A DNA stretch of 64,000 bases from Betaproteobacteria bacterium (GCA_022340285.1 JAJDOG010000034.1:16552-80551), one strand, 5' to 3'; positions 37,795 to 48,189 are shown, numbered from the stretch's first letter. The notes: a model not told the origin generated them from the letters alone. Made by a program: numbers and translations.

Positions 37795-38643
37795 ATGGCA
37801 GAGCGTATCTCCGCGCGCGTCGTCGTCACCGGCGAGGGGGCGTTGCTCCCCGCGTACCGGGAACGCGTGAACGAGCTGCTCGACGAGGATTATTCCGGCA
37901 CTTACCGTGAGCTGCACACGGCCGATCGCCTCGAGTACGATGTCCGGGGTCGCGGCGGTGTTCCGTTTCCGCCGTTCGTCAAGGCGTCCGAGGAGTTTCC
38001 CGAGCTCGAGATCGCGGTGCGCTGGGAGAATCCGGCGATCGGCGAGCGCGGCGCCGCGGACATCCAGGCGGGGCGGCTCAAGGAGCAGGCAACGAGCGAG
38101 GTCTCCGTCGAGAGCGATGTGGAGATCGACATCCGCGCGGGGGGCGATGGGACGATCGTCCTTGCCGTCGCGTCCCGCGAGCGAAGCGACGGCGAGTGGA
38201 TCGGATATGCACTGACCGCGTCGCAGCACGGATTCTTTCGTATTCGCTCGGAGGTCGGCGCCGTGGTGCTTTCGGCAAGCGACGGCGTCGCGGCCGAGTG
38301 GGCCGAGCGATGGCGCGTCGCTGCGGATGACGTGACGTACCGGGAGCTCGAGCCGCGCGAGCCGATCGACGCGCAATTGCTTGGCGAGCTCGACCGGCTC
38401 GCAGCGGACTTTGCTTCGGGCTGGATCTGGTTTTCGGCAGCCGGCCCCGACGAGACCGCGGTCGAGCGCCATCGCTACGAGCTTTACAGTCTCAAAGTGA
38501 ACGACGCGAACTTACGGGCGGAGCGATTGCGCAGGATGATGCAACCCGAGCTGGGCGGCTACGCATATAGCTCGGTCGGGGACGCGGGAGCGCGCGTCGT
38601 GGCGCTGGTCGCGCGTCACTGGCTGGGCGAAAGTCGGGAATGA
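37795..38643 (+). CDS. Hypothetical acidic protein, no recognisable domain
   Basis: 282 aa from the ATG at 37795. The stop overlaps the start of the downstream alpha/beta hydrolase gene (ATGA). The track ORF start at 37447 lies inside the TAXI gene in another frame. Confidence 0.6.
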   Translation: MAERISARVVVTGEGALLPAYRERVNELLDEDYSGTYRELHTADRLEYDVRGRGGVPFPPFVKASEEFPELEIAVRWENPAIGERGAADIQAGRLKEQATSEVSVESDVEIDIRAGGDGTIVLAVASRERSDGEWIGYALTASQHGFFRIRSEVGAVVLSASDGVAAEWAERWRVAADDVTYRELEPREPIDAQLLGELDRLAADFASGWIWFSAAGPDETAVERHRYELYSLKVNDANLRAERLRRMMQPELGGYAYSSVGDAGARVVALVARHWLGESRE

Positions 38644-39509
38644 TCGCCCATCCGCCGTTCCGCCGGCGCAGCGTACAGTGCGCAAGCCCCGGCGGGCTGC
38701 ATCGCCTCTCGTACCTCGAATGGGGCACGCCGCACGCCGCGCGTGGGGTGGTGGTCTGCGTACATGGCCTGACGCGCTGCGCGCGCGATTTCGATTCTCT
38801 CGCACAGGCGCTCGCAGGCGAGTACCGGGTCATCTGTCCCGATATGCCGGGGCGTGGCTACTCCGACTGGCTCAAGAATCCCATGGAGTACGCGCTCCCC
38901 ACTTACGTGAACGATCTAGTCACGCTCATTGCACGCCTGGACGTCGAGCAAGTGGACTGGGTTGGCACGTCCATGGGTGGGCTGATCGGGATGGCCCTCG
39001 GCGCGCAGCCCGGTGCGCCGATCCGCCGGATGGTGCTGAACGAGGCGGGGCCGCTGGTCAGGGCCGAGTCGCTGGACCGCCTCGCGCGCTACGTGGGGCG
39101 CGCGCCCGCGTTCGGGTCGTTCGAGGACGCGGAGCGCTACGTGCGCGACGTGAGCGCGCCATTCGGGCCGCACAGCGATCTGGAATGGCGCTTTCTCACC
39201 GAGCACGTGATGCGCCAGCGGGCGGATGGCTCGTATGTCGTGCACTACGATCCGCAGATCGCCGTGGCATTCAATGCGAATCAGCCGCATGAAGACATCG
39301 ATCTCTGGGGCCTGTGGGACAGCTTGACCTGTCCAACGCTGGTGATCCGGGGAGAGCTTTCGGATCTTCTCGACCGCGAGACGGTTGCCGGGATGAAGAC
39401 CCGCGGCCCGCGGGCCGCTTCCGTGGAGTTGGCCGGCATCGGTCACGCGCCCACGCTCATGAAATCCGACCAGATTGCGATCGTGCGTAATTTCCTGATG
39501 CAGGATTGA
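38640..39509 (+). CDS. Alpha/beta hydrolase fold protein
   Basis: HGLTRCARDF oxyanion region and nucleophile elbow GTSMGG. 289 aa. Confidence 0.85.
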   Translation: MIAHPPFRRRSVQCASPGGLHRLSYLEWGTPHAARGVVVCVHGLTRCARDFDSLAQALAGEYRVICPDMPGRGYSDWLKNPMEYALPTYVNDLVTLIARLDVEQVDWVGTSMGGLIGMALGAQPGAPIRRMVLNEAGPLVRAESLDRLARYVGRAPAFGSFEDAERYVRDVSAPFGPHSDLEWRFLTEHVMRQRADGSYVVHYDPQIAVAFNANQPHEDIDLWGLWDSLTCPTLVIRGELSDLLDRETVAGMKTRGPRAASVELAGIGHAPTLMKSDQIAIVRNFLMQD

Positions 39510-39534
39510 AGGAGCGTGTCTTTGTTCAGCGCCG

Positions 39535-40368
39535 TCATGCACCGCGCTCCGAATTGCTCTCGTCACGCCTGAGCGCCGGATCCTGCCGGTAAAAGAGCGC
39601 GAGCTGCCGATAGAGTTCCGGATACTCGTCGCGCAAGGTGAGCGGGTCGGTGAAGAACTCCTCGCTCATTACGGCAAAGAACTCCGCCGGGTGTTCGGCC
39701 GCATAAGGGTCGAACGGCAGCTCCCGTCCCTGTTCGTCGATCGCAACGAGCCCATCCTTCCGCCGTGTCCGGCGCGCCCCGCGCTTCACGGCCGCACAGA
39801 AACGTTCGTAGCTCTCCTCGAGCGCCGCATGCCACGACTTCGCTTCCATGCCCGAGTGCGCGAACGGAAACCCATCGGCGTCGCCGTTCAGCATATCGAT
39901 CTTGTGCGCGAATTCGTGGATCACGACGTTGTAACCGACTTCGCCAAATCGGACGTCTGACCAGGAGAGCACGACCGGGCCGCCCGGCCAGGATTCGCCG
40001 GCGAGCTCGTCTTCCCACTCGTGCACCACGCCCGACTCGTCGACGTCCTCGCGGCGCACCTTGAATTCTCCCGGATGGACCACGATTCCGATCCAGCCTT
40101 CGTAGACGTCCAGGCCGAGATTCAGCGCGGGCAAGCAGGCTTGGAGCGCGATGGCCAGGCGGACGTCGTCCGCGAGGACGAGGCCGTGCGCGCCGTGCAT
40201 CTCCTTCTCGTTCAGGAAGATCAGCGCCATATCCCGCAGCCGGGCGAGCTCGGACTGATCCAGAATGTCAAGAAACGGTAATCCAGCGGTCACGGAGCGC
40301 CACAGCGCTTCGTCGATCTGGGTCCGTTTCAGGAGGCGCCGGCGGCGCCAGGATTTCAGGATGCCCAC
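39535..40368 (-). CDS. mtfA: MtfA-like zinc-dependent peptidase (M90 family)
   Basis: HEFAHKID zinc motif, the typical N-terminus LKSWRRRRLLKR, and DELAGESWPGGPVVLSW. The GTG at 40368 is the preferred start; the ORF is open to 40524, where it would collide with relA. Confidence 0.8.
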   Translation of the reverse strand: MGILKSWRRRRLLKRTQIDEALWRSVTAGLPFLDILDQSELARLRDMALIFLNEKEMHGAHGLVLADDVRLAIALQACLPALNLGLDVYEGWIGIVVHPGEFKVRREDVDESGVVHEWEDELAGESWPGGPVVLSWSDVRFGEVGYNVVIHEFAHKIDMLNGDADGFPFAHSGMEAKSWHAALEESYERFCAAVKRGARRTRRKDGLVAIDEQGRELPFDPYAAEHPAEFFAVMSEEFFTDPLTLRDEYPELYRQLALFYRQDPALRRDESNSERGA

Positions 40369-40586
40369 GTGGCGGAATCGAGGCTCGGCATGCGGGAAGA
40401 CGGTTCGGGCGATTATCGCCGAGGTCGGAGCACGCGCTGGACGATGGCATAATCGACGCTTACTGCAGGCGGCCGCCTCACCAGGCACTTCCCGCGTGGA
40501 AGTCGTTGACCGGGTGAGTGGCACAGACGCCCGCGCACGAACTCATTTCTGCGCCTGAAGCGCAGTCGCCCCGCCCCCGAATCGCC

Positions 40587-42797
40587 ATGGTGTCGGTCAG
40601 TACGTCTGCCGAAAACGACGCATCCGTCGACGCGCTCGAGGCCGCGCTTGCGGGACTCGGGCCGGACGAGCGCAAGCGGGTGCGCGAAGCGCATGCGTTT
40701 GCGACCGAGCTCTACGCCGATCGGGTGCTCGGTACGGGCGAGCCGGCGCTGACTCACGCGCTGGGGCTTGCTGCGAACCTCGCTGCGCTCAGATTGGAGG
40801 GCGATGCGCGCGTGGCGGGCCTGCTGTTTGCCGCGCCCGAGTACCTGCCGGACGCGGGAACGGTGCTTGCAGCGCGCTTCGGCGATGGCGTCGCCGCGCT
40901 GGTCACGGGAATCTGGAAGCTGAACCGGCTGCGCGTCGTGACGCGCGGAATCTCGTCGCAAGAGGCAAGTGCCGCCAAGGGCTCGCAGGCCGAAGCGCTG
41001 CGCAAGATGTTTCTCGCCATGGTCGAGGACATCCGGGCGGTGCTGATCCGACTCGCCAGCCGCGCCCAGACCATGCGCGCAATCGCCAAGGCTCCCGACG
41101 AGGTTCGCCGTCCGGTGGCGCGCGAGACGCTGGACATCTACGCGCCCCTCGCCAACCGGCTCGGGGTGTGGCAGCTGAAGTGGGAGCTCGAGGACTATGC
41201 GTTCCGCTTCCTGGAGCCGGAACTCTACAAGCGCATTGCCGGGATGCTCGAGGAGCGGCGCACCGAGCGGGAGGCGTTCATTACCTCGGCAATCGATACG
41301 CTGCGCCAGCGGATCGAGGCGGCGGGAGTGCGGGCCGAGGTGTCCGGACGTCCGAAGCACATCTACAGCATCTACAGCAAGATGCGCGGCAAGGGTCTCG
41401 ATTTCTCGCAGCTCTACGATGTGCGGGCGCTGCGGGTCCTGGTCGACTCCATCAAGGATTGCTACACGGTGCTCGGCGTGGTCCACGATCTCTGGCAGCC
41501 GGTGCCGAACGAGTTCGACGACTACATAGCGCGCCCGAAGGGAAACGCCTATCAATCGCTGCATACTGCCGTCGTCGCATCCGACGGGCGCCCGCTCGAA
41601 GTCCAGATCCGCACGTACGAGATGCACCGGCACGCCGAGCTGGGCGTCGCGGCGCACTGGCGCTACAAGGAAGGCCAGGGCGGTGCGCCCACGGGGGGCG
41701 GAAAGTCCGACGCCTTCGACGAACAGATCGCGATCCTTCGCCAGATGCTCGCCTGGCGCGACGAAGTGATCGACGCGTCCGACTGGGTCGGTGAGACGAA
41801 GCGCGCGGCGCTCGACCAGACCGTCTATGTCCTGACTCCACAGGGAAGCGTGATCGATTTGCCGCGTGACGCCACGCCGGTGGATTTCGCCTACGCGGTA
41901 CACACCGACCTGGGGCACCGTTGCCGCGGCGCGAAGGTCGACGGCGCGATGGTGCCGCTCAACACCAAGCTCGCAAACGGTCAGCGCGTCGAGATCGTCG
42001 CCGCAAAGACCGGCGGGCCATCGCGCGACTGGCTCAACGCCGAGCTGGGGTACATCGCGAGCCCGCGGGCGCGGAACAAGGTACGCCAGTGGTTCAACGC
42101 GCTCGAGCAGCGCGAGGTCGCGGCGGCCGGCCGAGCCGCAGTGGAGCGGGAGCTGCATAGGGAGGGCGTTACCGGCGCGAAGCTCGAGACGCTCGCGCAG
42201 CAGCTCGGCTACGCGAAGACCGATGAATTCTTCGCGGCGTTCGGTCGCGAGGAGATCGGCGGTCAGGCGCTGCGCACGGCGTTGCGCGGGCCGCAGGAGC
42301 CGGCTGGGCCACCGGACGAAGTGGTGGCGCGCAAGAGTCGTGCGCGTGGTGCGGCCGGCGGCGTGCTGATCGTCGGGATGGACCGCTTGATGACGCAGCT
42401 CGCGCGCTGCTGCAGGCCAGCGCCTCCGGACGAGATCGTCGGATTCGTCACCCGGGGGCGCGGCGTGTCGGTCCATCGACGCGGATGCAAGAGCCTCGCG
42501 CAGCTGCTCGCGCGGCAGCCGGAGCGGGCGATCGAGACGCAGTGGGGCACGCGCGTCGAGACGGTCTTTCCGGTCGACGTGGTGATTCACGCGCACGACC
42601 GACAGGGCTTGCTGCGCGACATCTCCGAGGTGTTCTCGCGCGAGAGCATCAATGTCACCGCCGTCAACACGCAAAGCCGGCATGCCTCGGCGGTCATGCA
42701 CTTCACGGTCGAGGTCGGGGATGTCGCGCATCTCGGGCGGGCGCTCGGTCAGATCGCCGATGTGCGGGGTGTCTCCGCAGTGCATCGGCGTGAATGA
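40587..42797 (+). CDS. relA: GTP pyrophosphokinase RelA ((p)ppGpp synthetase I)
   Basis: Synthetase motifs GRPKHIYSIYSKM, YQSLHTAV and EVQIRT..MH. TGS and ACT domains are present. The N-terminal pseudo-hydrolase region lacks an obvious HD dyad. An alternative GTG start exists at 40518. Confidence 0.92.
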   Translation: MVSVSTSAENDASVDALEAALAGLGPDERKRVREAHAFATELYADRVLGTGEPALTHALGLAANLAALRLEGDARVAGLLFAAPEYLPDAGTVLAARFGDGVAALVTGIWKLNRLRVVTRGISSQEASAAKGSQAEALRKMFLAMVEDIRAVLIRLASRAQTMRAIAKAPDEVRRPVARETLDIYAPLANRLGVWQLKWELEDYAFRFLEPELYKRIAGMLEERRTEREAFITSAIDTLRQRIEAAGVRAEVSGRPKHIYSIYSKMRGKGLDFSQLYDVRALRVLVDSIKDCYTVLGVVHDLWQPVPNEFDDYIARPKGNAYQSLHTAVVASDGRPLEVQIRTYEMHRHAELGVAAHWRYKEGQGGAPTGGGKSDAFDEQIAILRQMLAWRDEVIDASDWVGETKRAALDQTVYVLTPQGSVIDLPRDATPVDFAYAVHTDLGHRCRGAKVDGAMVPLNTKLANGQRVEIVAAKTGGPSRDWLNAELGYIASPRARNKVRQWFNALEQREVAAAGRAAVERELHREGVTGAKLETLAQQLGYAKTDEFFAAFGREEIGGQALRTALRGPQEPAGPPDEVVARKSRARGAAGGVLIVGMDRLMTQLARCCRPAPPDEIVGFVTRGRGVSVHRRGCKSLAQLLARQPERAIETQWGTRVETVFPVDVVIHAHDRQGLLRDISEVFSRESINVTAVNTQSRHASAVMHFTVEVGDVAHLGRALGQIADVRGVSAVHRRE

Positions 42798-42803
42798 TGC
42801 GGG

Positions 42804-44330
42804 ATGGAGATCGAGCTCAAGCTTCTGCTCTCACCGGAGGAGCTCCGCCAGGCCGCCCGTCACGCCGCGGTTGCGGCATTGCGCGCGGGTCGCGGACGTA
42901 CCGATCGGCTGGTCAGCATCTACTACGACACGCCGGACGCCGCGCTGGCGCGTGCCGGCGTGGCGTTTCGGCTGAGGGAAGTCCGGGGCCGCTGGGTGCA
43001 GACGGTCAAGGCCGGGGGTGAAAGCGGCGCTGGGCTGCATGAGCGCGACGAACGGGAGTGGCGACTCGCCGCCCCGGCACCCGACCTGGATCTTCTCGCG
43101 GGAACCCCGTTCGATGAGCTTTTCTCCAGCGCGCGCACAGCGGGACGTCTCGCACCGGTGTTCCGCACGGAGTTCGAACGCGTAGTCCGCCCGCTGGCGT
43201 GGCCCGATGGCACGCGCGCGGAGCTGGCGATGGACCACGGTTCGGTGCGGGCCGGCGCGCGCAGCGAGCCGATCAGCGAACTGGAGCTGGAGCTGCAATC
43301 CGGGGACGCCACCCGGCTCTTCGAGCTCGCCCAAGCGCTGTCGGCCGATTTGCCTCTACGCCTCGGGCACGCATCGAAAGCCGAGCGCGGCTACGCGCTT
43401 GCCCGCCTCGTCAGACGCGCACCGCGGAAGCAGCGGCGCATCGAGCTTGACCCGGCGATGCCCGCGGCCGCGGCGCTCCGGCGAATCGCGCTCGCGTGCA
43501 TCGCTCAGATGCAGGCGAACGAGGACGGATTCTTCGCCGGCCGCGATCCGGAATACCTGCATCAGCTGCGCGTCGGGCTCCGACGTCTCCGTTCCTGCGT
43601 TGCGCTGGTGCGGAAGCTCGTGCCGCGCGAGCGGATCGATCCGCTCGCGGAGGAGCTGCGGTGGCTGGGCCGCGCCCTGAATCCGGCCCGCGACTGGGAT
43701 GTGTTCATGAGCGAGACGCTTCCGCCTCTGCTGAGCTGCTTTCGCGAGGATCCTGGTCTTGCCGCGCTGAATGCGCGAGGCATCCGCTTGCGGCGCGCGA
43801 GCAATGCCGCCGGGCGCCACATGGTCCGCTCGGCCCGCTACACGAGCCTTCTGCTAGCCGTGGGTGCCGCGCTCGCGCGCGAGGACCTTGCGGCGCTGAC
43901 TGCGGGGGCCGGTGAGCTGAGCGAGCCCGTCGGGAGTTTTGCGGTGCGACTCATCGAACGGCGTGACGCGAAGTTCCGAAAGCGCGGCGCCGCGCTACGC
44001 GAGGCGACGCCCGAGGCCCGCCACGCGGCCCGCATCGCGGCGAAGCGTCTTCGCTACGCGACCGAATTCTTTGCGTCGCTCTATTCGCCGAAGCGCGTCA
44101 AACGATACATCGGCGCGCTGGAAGACATCCAGGACACGCTCGGCCAGTTGAACGATCTCGCCACGGCCGAACGGTTGCTGGCCGATGCCGCGAGCGGCGG
44201 CGACAACGCGTCGGACGCGCGCACCGTCGGCGTCGTGACGGGTTGGTGCGCGGCGACTGCGAGCCAGGCGCTCGCGCAGCTCGACAAGGACTGGAAGCGA
44301 TTCAAGTCGGCGCGGGAGTTCTGGCGATGA
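42804..44330 (+). CDS. CYTH (triphosphate tunnel metalloenzyme) plus CHAD domain protein
   Basis: N-terminal EIELKL (ExExK) CYTH signature. The C-terminal half is a helical, His/Arg-rich CHAD-type region (LHQLRVGLRRLR, HAARIAAKRLRYATEFF). Confidence 0.85.
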   Translation: MEIELKLLLSPEELRQAARHAAVAALRAGRGRTDRLVSIYYDTPDAALARAGVAFRLREVRGRWVQTVKAGGESGAGLHERDEREWRLAAPAPDLDLLAGTPFDELFSSARTAGRLAPVFRTEFERVVRPLAWPDGTRAELAMDHGSVRAGARSEPISELELELQSGDATRLFELAQALSADLPLRLGHASKAERGYALARLVRRAPRKQRRIELDPAMPAAAALRRIALACIAQMQANEDGFFAGRDPEYLHQLRVGLRRLRSCVALVRKLVPRERIDPLAEELRWLGRALNPARDWDVFMSETLPPLLSCFREDPGLAALNARGIRLRRASNAAGRHMVRSARYTSLLLAVGAALAREDLAALTAGAGELSEPVGSFAVRLIERRDAKFRKRGAALREATPEARHAARIAAKRLRYATEFFASLYSPKRVKRYIGALEDIQDTLGQLNDLATAERLLADAASGGDNASDARTVGVVTGWCAATASQALAQLDKDWKRFKSAREFWR

Positions 44331-44379
44331 TCGCGGCGCTGCCTGCCGGCGCTTCCGGCGGTTGAAGCACGGAGTTTCC

Positions 44380-46482
44380 TCAGTCTGCCTTGGTGCTGGC
44401 AGCCAGCAACTCGAGCAATTCCTGCTGGGCGCTGTGTGCCTCCCGCTTTCCGGGTTGCCTGCGCGCATACGCGCCATCCGGTCCCATGTCCCAAGACTGC
44501 AGGTTGTCGGCGAGGTAGATGTTCAACCCCTCCTTGATGACACGCTGGCGCAGCTTGCGATCGAGCAGCGGAAAGGCGATCTCGATGCGCCGAAAGAAAT
44601 TCCGGTCCATCCAGTCCGCGCTGGAGAGGTACACGTCGTGCCGATCGTCGTTGCGGAAATAGAACACCCGGTGGTGCTCGAGAAACCGCCCGACGATCGA
44701 GCGCACCCGTATGTTCTCCGAGAGTTCCGGCACGCCCGGCTTGAGCGCGCATACCCCGCGCACGATCAGATCGATCTTCACGCCCGCCTGTGACGCGGCG
44801 TAAAGCGCCTCGACGGTCTCCGGCTCCAGGAGGGCATTCATTTTCGCGATGATGCGGGTGGGCTTGCCTTCCCCGGCGAGGCGCGCTTCGTTGCGGATCG
44901 CGTCGATCACGTTTGCGTGCAGCGTAAAGGGCGACTGCCACAGATGGTGAAGCTTTCCCGGTCGGCCGAGGCTGGTGAGCTGCGTGAAGATGCTGTTCAC
45001 GTCCGAGCACACCTGCTCGTCGGACGTCAGGAGTCCGAAGTCGGTATAGAGCCGCGCGGTGCGCGGATAGTAATTGCCGGTGCCAAGGTGCACGTAACGG
45101 CGCAGCCGCCCGTCCTCGCGCCGCACCACCAGCAGCGCTTTCGCATGCGTCTTGTGGCCAACCACCCCGTAGACGACGTGCGCGCCCACCTCCTCCAGCC
45201 GCGCGGCCCAGTTGATGTTGGCTTCCTCGTCGAACCGCGCCTTGAGCTCGACCACGGCAGTCACTTCCTTGCCGTTGCGCGCCGCCTTGATGAGCGCTTC
45301 CATGAGTACCGAGTCGGTGCCCGTGCGATAGACCGTCTGCTTTATCGCGACCACGTTCGGATCCACCGCGGCCTGCTCGAGGAAGTTGACGACCGGCGCG
45401 AAGGACTGGAAGGGGTGGTGGAGCAATACATCACTGCGGCGAATGACCTCGAACATGTCCGCCGGCCGCTTGGCGAGCTCGGCGGGAAAGCCCGGATGGA
45501 ACGGGCGATAGAGGAGATCCGGGCGCTCGACCGAGTCCGGCACGGGCATGAGGCGAACCAGATTGACCGGCCCGTTCACGCGATAGAGATCCTCGGGGCC
45601 CAGGTTGAACTGCTTGAGGAGGAACTCGGACATCTCCGGGGAGCAGTCGTCGGCGACCTCGAGGCGGACCGCGTCGCCGAAATGCCGGTGCGTGAGCTCG
45701 CCCTGCAACGCGAGGCGCAGATTCGTGATCTCTTCCTCCTCGACGAAGAGGTCGCTGTTCCGCGTGACCCGGAACTGATAGCAGCCCAGCGCCTTCATGC
45801 CCGCGAACAGCTCGTCCACGTGCGAGTGCAGGATCGATGTCAGAAAAACGAGGTGAACTTCGCCTTCCGGTACCAGCTCGCGGGGGAGCGGCATGACGCG
45901 TGGCAAGATGCGCGGCGCCTGGACGATCGCGGTACGCGCGTCGCGTCCGAAGGCATCGCGGCCCTCCAGCTCGACGGCGAAGTTGAGGCTCTTGTTGAAT
46001 ACGCGCGGAAAGGGGTGTGCGGGGTCGAGACCTATCGGCGTCAGCACCGGAAGCATTTCGCGGAAGAAATAGTCGCGCACCCAGGCGCGCTGCGTGTCGT
46101 TGAACTCCGTCCTGCGCAGGAAGCGGATCCGCTCGCGCTCGAGCGCCGGAAGGATCGAGTCGTTGAGCAACTGGTACTGCCGGTCGACGAGCTCGTGCGC
46201 CAGCTTGCTGACCTGGGCGAACGTCTCGCGGGGGCTCATGCCGTCCGCGTCCGCGCTCGGCAGATCCATCTTGATCTGTTCCTTGAGCCCGGCAACGCGG
46301 ATCTCGAAGAACTCGTCGAGGTTCGAGGAGACGATGCACAGGAAGCGGAGCCGCTCGAGGAGCGGAATGGACTCGTCCTCGGCCTGTGCGAGCACGCGGC
46401 GCTGAAACTCGAGAATGCCGAGCTCGCGGTTGAGAAAGTGGGTGCGGATGTGCTTCGGCGGCGGGGCGGTCTTGGCCAACAT
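44380..46482 (-). CDS. ppk: Polyphosphate kinase 1
   Basis: 700 aa. FLNRELGILEFQRRVL N-terminus, GHKTHAKALLVVR (phosphohistidine region), and two PLD-like C-domains. Confidence 0.96.
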   Translation of the reverse strand: MLAKTAPPPKHIRTHFLNRELGILEFQRRVLAQAEDESIPLLERLRFLCIVSSNLDEFFEIRVAGLKEQIKMDLPSADADGMSPRETFAQVSKLAHELVDRQYQLLNDSILPALERERIRFLRRTEFNDTQRAWVRDYFFREMLPVLTPIGLDPAHPFPRVFNKSLNFAVELEGRDAFGRDARTAIVQAPRILPRVMPLPRELVPEGEVHLVFLTSILHSHVDELFAGMKALGCYQFRVTRNSDLFVEEEEITNLRLALQGELTHRHFGDAVRLEVADDCSPEMSEFLLKQFNLGPEDLYRVNGPVNLVRLMPVPDSVERPDLLYRPFHPGFPAELAKRPADMFEVIRRSDVLLHHPFQSFAPVVNFLEQAAVDPNVVAIKQTVYRTGTDSVLMEALIKAARNGKEVTAVVELKARFDEEANINWAARLEEVGAHVVYGVVGHKTHAKALLVVRREDGRLRRYVHLGTGNYYPRTARLYTDFGLLTSDEQVCSDVNSIFTQLTSLGRPGKLHHLWQSPFTLHANVIDAIRNEARLAGEGKPTRIIAKMNALLEPETVEALYAASQAGVKIDLIVRGVCALKPGVPELSENIRVRSIVGRFLEHHRVFYFRNDDRHDVYLSSADWMDRNFFRRIEIAFPLLDRKLRQRVIKEGLNIYLADNLQSWDMGPDGAYARRQPGKREAHSAQQELLELLAASTKAD

Positions 46483-46689
46483 GACAAAAGCCTACCGGAA
46501 CACTGTTCGGTCGGCCACTTCTGTGTTCGGCGCGAGTCGTTCGCGGGGAACGGGCGCAATAAATCTGCAACGATTGCAGCGAACCGCGAGCGATGTACCC
46601 GTATTCCTGCCGGCATCCGCGATTCGGGCATTGCCGAGCGTACGCCCGGGTGCTATGGTCGCCGCGGCAACTCATCTCCTGCGAGGCTC

Positions 46690-48189
46690 GTGCGCAACAA
46701 CACCCTTGCCGCAGTCGATCTCGGCTCGAACAGTTTCCACCTTCAGGTCGGGCGGGTGGTGGAAGGTCAGATCTACCTGCTGGACGGGCTCCGCGAGCCG
46801 GTGCGATTGGGCGCCGGTCTCACACGCGACAAGAAGATCGACCGCGCCACTCAGGTGCGGGCGCTCGAGGCGCTTGCCCGCTTCGGCGAGCGCTTGCGCG
46901 GATTCGAACCGGATTCGGTCCGCGCAGTCGGCACGAACACCCTCCGGGTCGCGAAGAACGCGCCGCAGTTCCTCGCCGAGGCCCGCGATGCGCTCGGCTT
47001 CCCGATCGAGGTCATCTTCGGTCGCGAGGAGGCGCGCCTGATCTACCTCGGCGTATCCCACACCTTGCCGCCGTCGGCGCATCGCCGCCTGGTCGTGGAC
47101 GTCGGCGGCGGGTCCACGGAGCTCATCCTCGGTACGGGCTACGAGTCCGAGCTGATGGAAAGTCTGCCCATGGGATGCGTGAGCTACAGCCTCAAGTATT
47201 TTGCCGACGCGCGCGTCGACAAGCCGTCCATGAAGAAGGCCGAGTTGGCGGCGTCCAACGAGGTGGAGAGCATCGTGAAGGCGTACCGCCGTGCGGGTTG
47301 GCGGAGGTCGGTCGGGTCGTCGGGTACCGCGAAGACCATCGCTGGCGTGCTGGTCGCGAACGGCTGGAGCAAGCAGGGCATCAGCGCGCAGGGTCTGGAG
47401 AAGCTCCGCGATCGGCTGATCAAGGCGGGAAACGTCGATCGACTGGCGCTGCCGGGCCTGCGCGAGGATCGCAAGCCGATCCTGGCGGGAGGAGTCGCGA
47501 TCCTGGGCGCAGTATTCTCGGTGCTGGGCATCGAGGAGATGGAGGTGTCAGACGGCGCGCTGCGACAGGGAGTGCTCTACGACCTAATGGGCCGTGTGCA
47601 GCATCGCGACATGCGCGAGCTGACCGTCAAGGCATTCATGCGTCGCTACCATGTGGATGCGGGGCAGGCAGAGCGCGTCGCGGGACTCGCGCGCGCGCTG
47701 CATGCGCAGCTCGTGCCTCGTGCGCGCGAAGTGGAGCAGTACATGCTCTCCTGGGCCGCGGCGCTGCACGAGATCGGTCTCACGATCGCGCACGCCGGCT
47801 ACCACAAGCACTCGGCTTACATCCTCTCGAACGCCGACATGCCAGGTTTCTCGCGGGACGAGCAGGCGCGTCTGGCGCGTCTCGTGCTCGCGCATCGGGG
47901 CAAGCTGTCGAAGCTCGAGGCGCTGCCGGTTAAGAGCGCCGATTGGCTGATGCTGTTCTGCTTGCGTTTGGCCGCGCTGTTCTTCCGGCATCGCGCCGAT
48001 ATGCAACTGCCGCCTATCGAATGTCGGGCGACGGGGAGCGGATTCGAGATCGAGTTGCCCGCGCCCTGGCTCGATGCGCACCCGCTCACCGCGGCCGCCT
48101 TGGAGTCCGAGGCCGAGGAATGGAAGGCATTCGGGCTCAAGCTCGAGATCGAGCCGGTTGCCGAGGCTCGGTCGAAGGCCGCCGGGTAG
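46690..48189 (+). CDS. ppx: Exopolyphosphatase / guanosine pentaphosphate phosphohydrolase (Ppx/GppA family)
   Basis: ASKHA motif AAVDLGSNSFHL, DVGGGSTE, and a C-terminal HD-like domain. Start at the GTG at 46690, preceded by GAGG. The track ORF extension back to 44917 is antisense to ppk. Confidence 0.9.
   Translation: MRNNTLAAVDLGSNSFHLQVGRVVEGQIYLLDGLREPVRLGAGLTRDKKIDRATQVRALEALARFGERLRGFEPDSVRAVGTNTLRVAKNAPQFLAEARDALGFPIEVIFGREEARLIYLGVSHTLPPSAHRRLVVDVGGGSTELILGTGYESELMESLPMGCVSYSLKYFADARVDKPSMKKAELAASNEVESIVKAYRRAGWRRSVGSSGTAKTIAGVLVANGWSKQGISAQGLEKLRDRLIKAGNVDRLALPGLREDRKPILAGGVAILGAVFSVLGIEEMEVSDGALRQGVLYDLMGRVQHRDMRELTVKAFMRRYHVDAGQAERVAGLARALHAQLVPRAREVEQYMLSWAAALHEIGLTIAHAGYHKHSAYILSNADMPGFSRDEQARLARLVLAHRGKLSKLEALPVKSADWLMLFCLRLAALFFRHRADMQLPPIECRATGSGFEIELPAPWLDAHPLTAAALESEAEEWKAFGLKLEIEPVAEARSKAAG

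Noticed and set aside
40413-42785. 790-aa minus-strand ORF covering the whole relA gene
   Set aside because: It is antisense to a clear RelA. The translation has low-complexity Arg/Leu/Asp composition and no recognisable domain. High-GC artefact.
46565-46579. Palindrome CTGCAA-CGA-TTGCAG in the ppk/ppx divergent region, sharing TTGCAGC with the PhaR operator candidate
   Set aside because: 6-bp arms with a fixed spacer are expected about 15 times by chance in 64 kb, and a 7-mer match is not significant. This is insufficient to claim PhaR or PhoB control of ppk/ppx.
44917-46689. 591-codon N-terminal extension of the ppx ORF (track ORF 44917-48189, 1090 aa)
   Set aside because: The extension is antisense to ppk1 and has no similarity to Ppx/GppA. 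The conserved ASKHA N-terminus (AAVDLGSNSFHL) begins right after the GTG at 46690, which has a GAGG Shine-Dalgarno.
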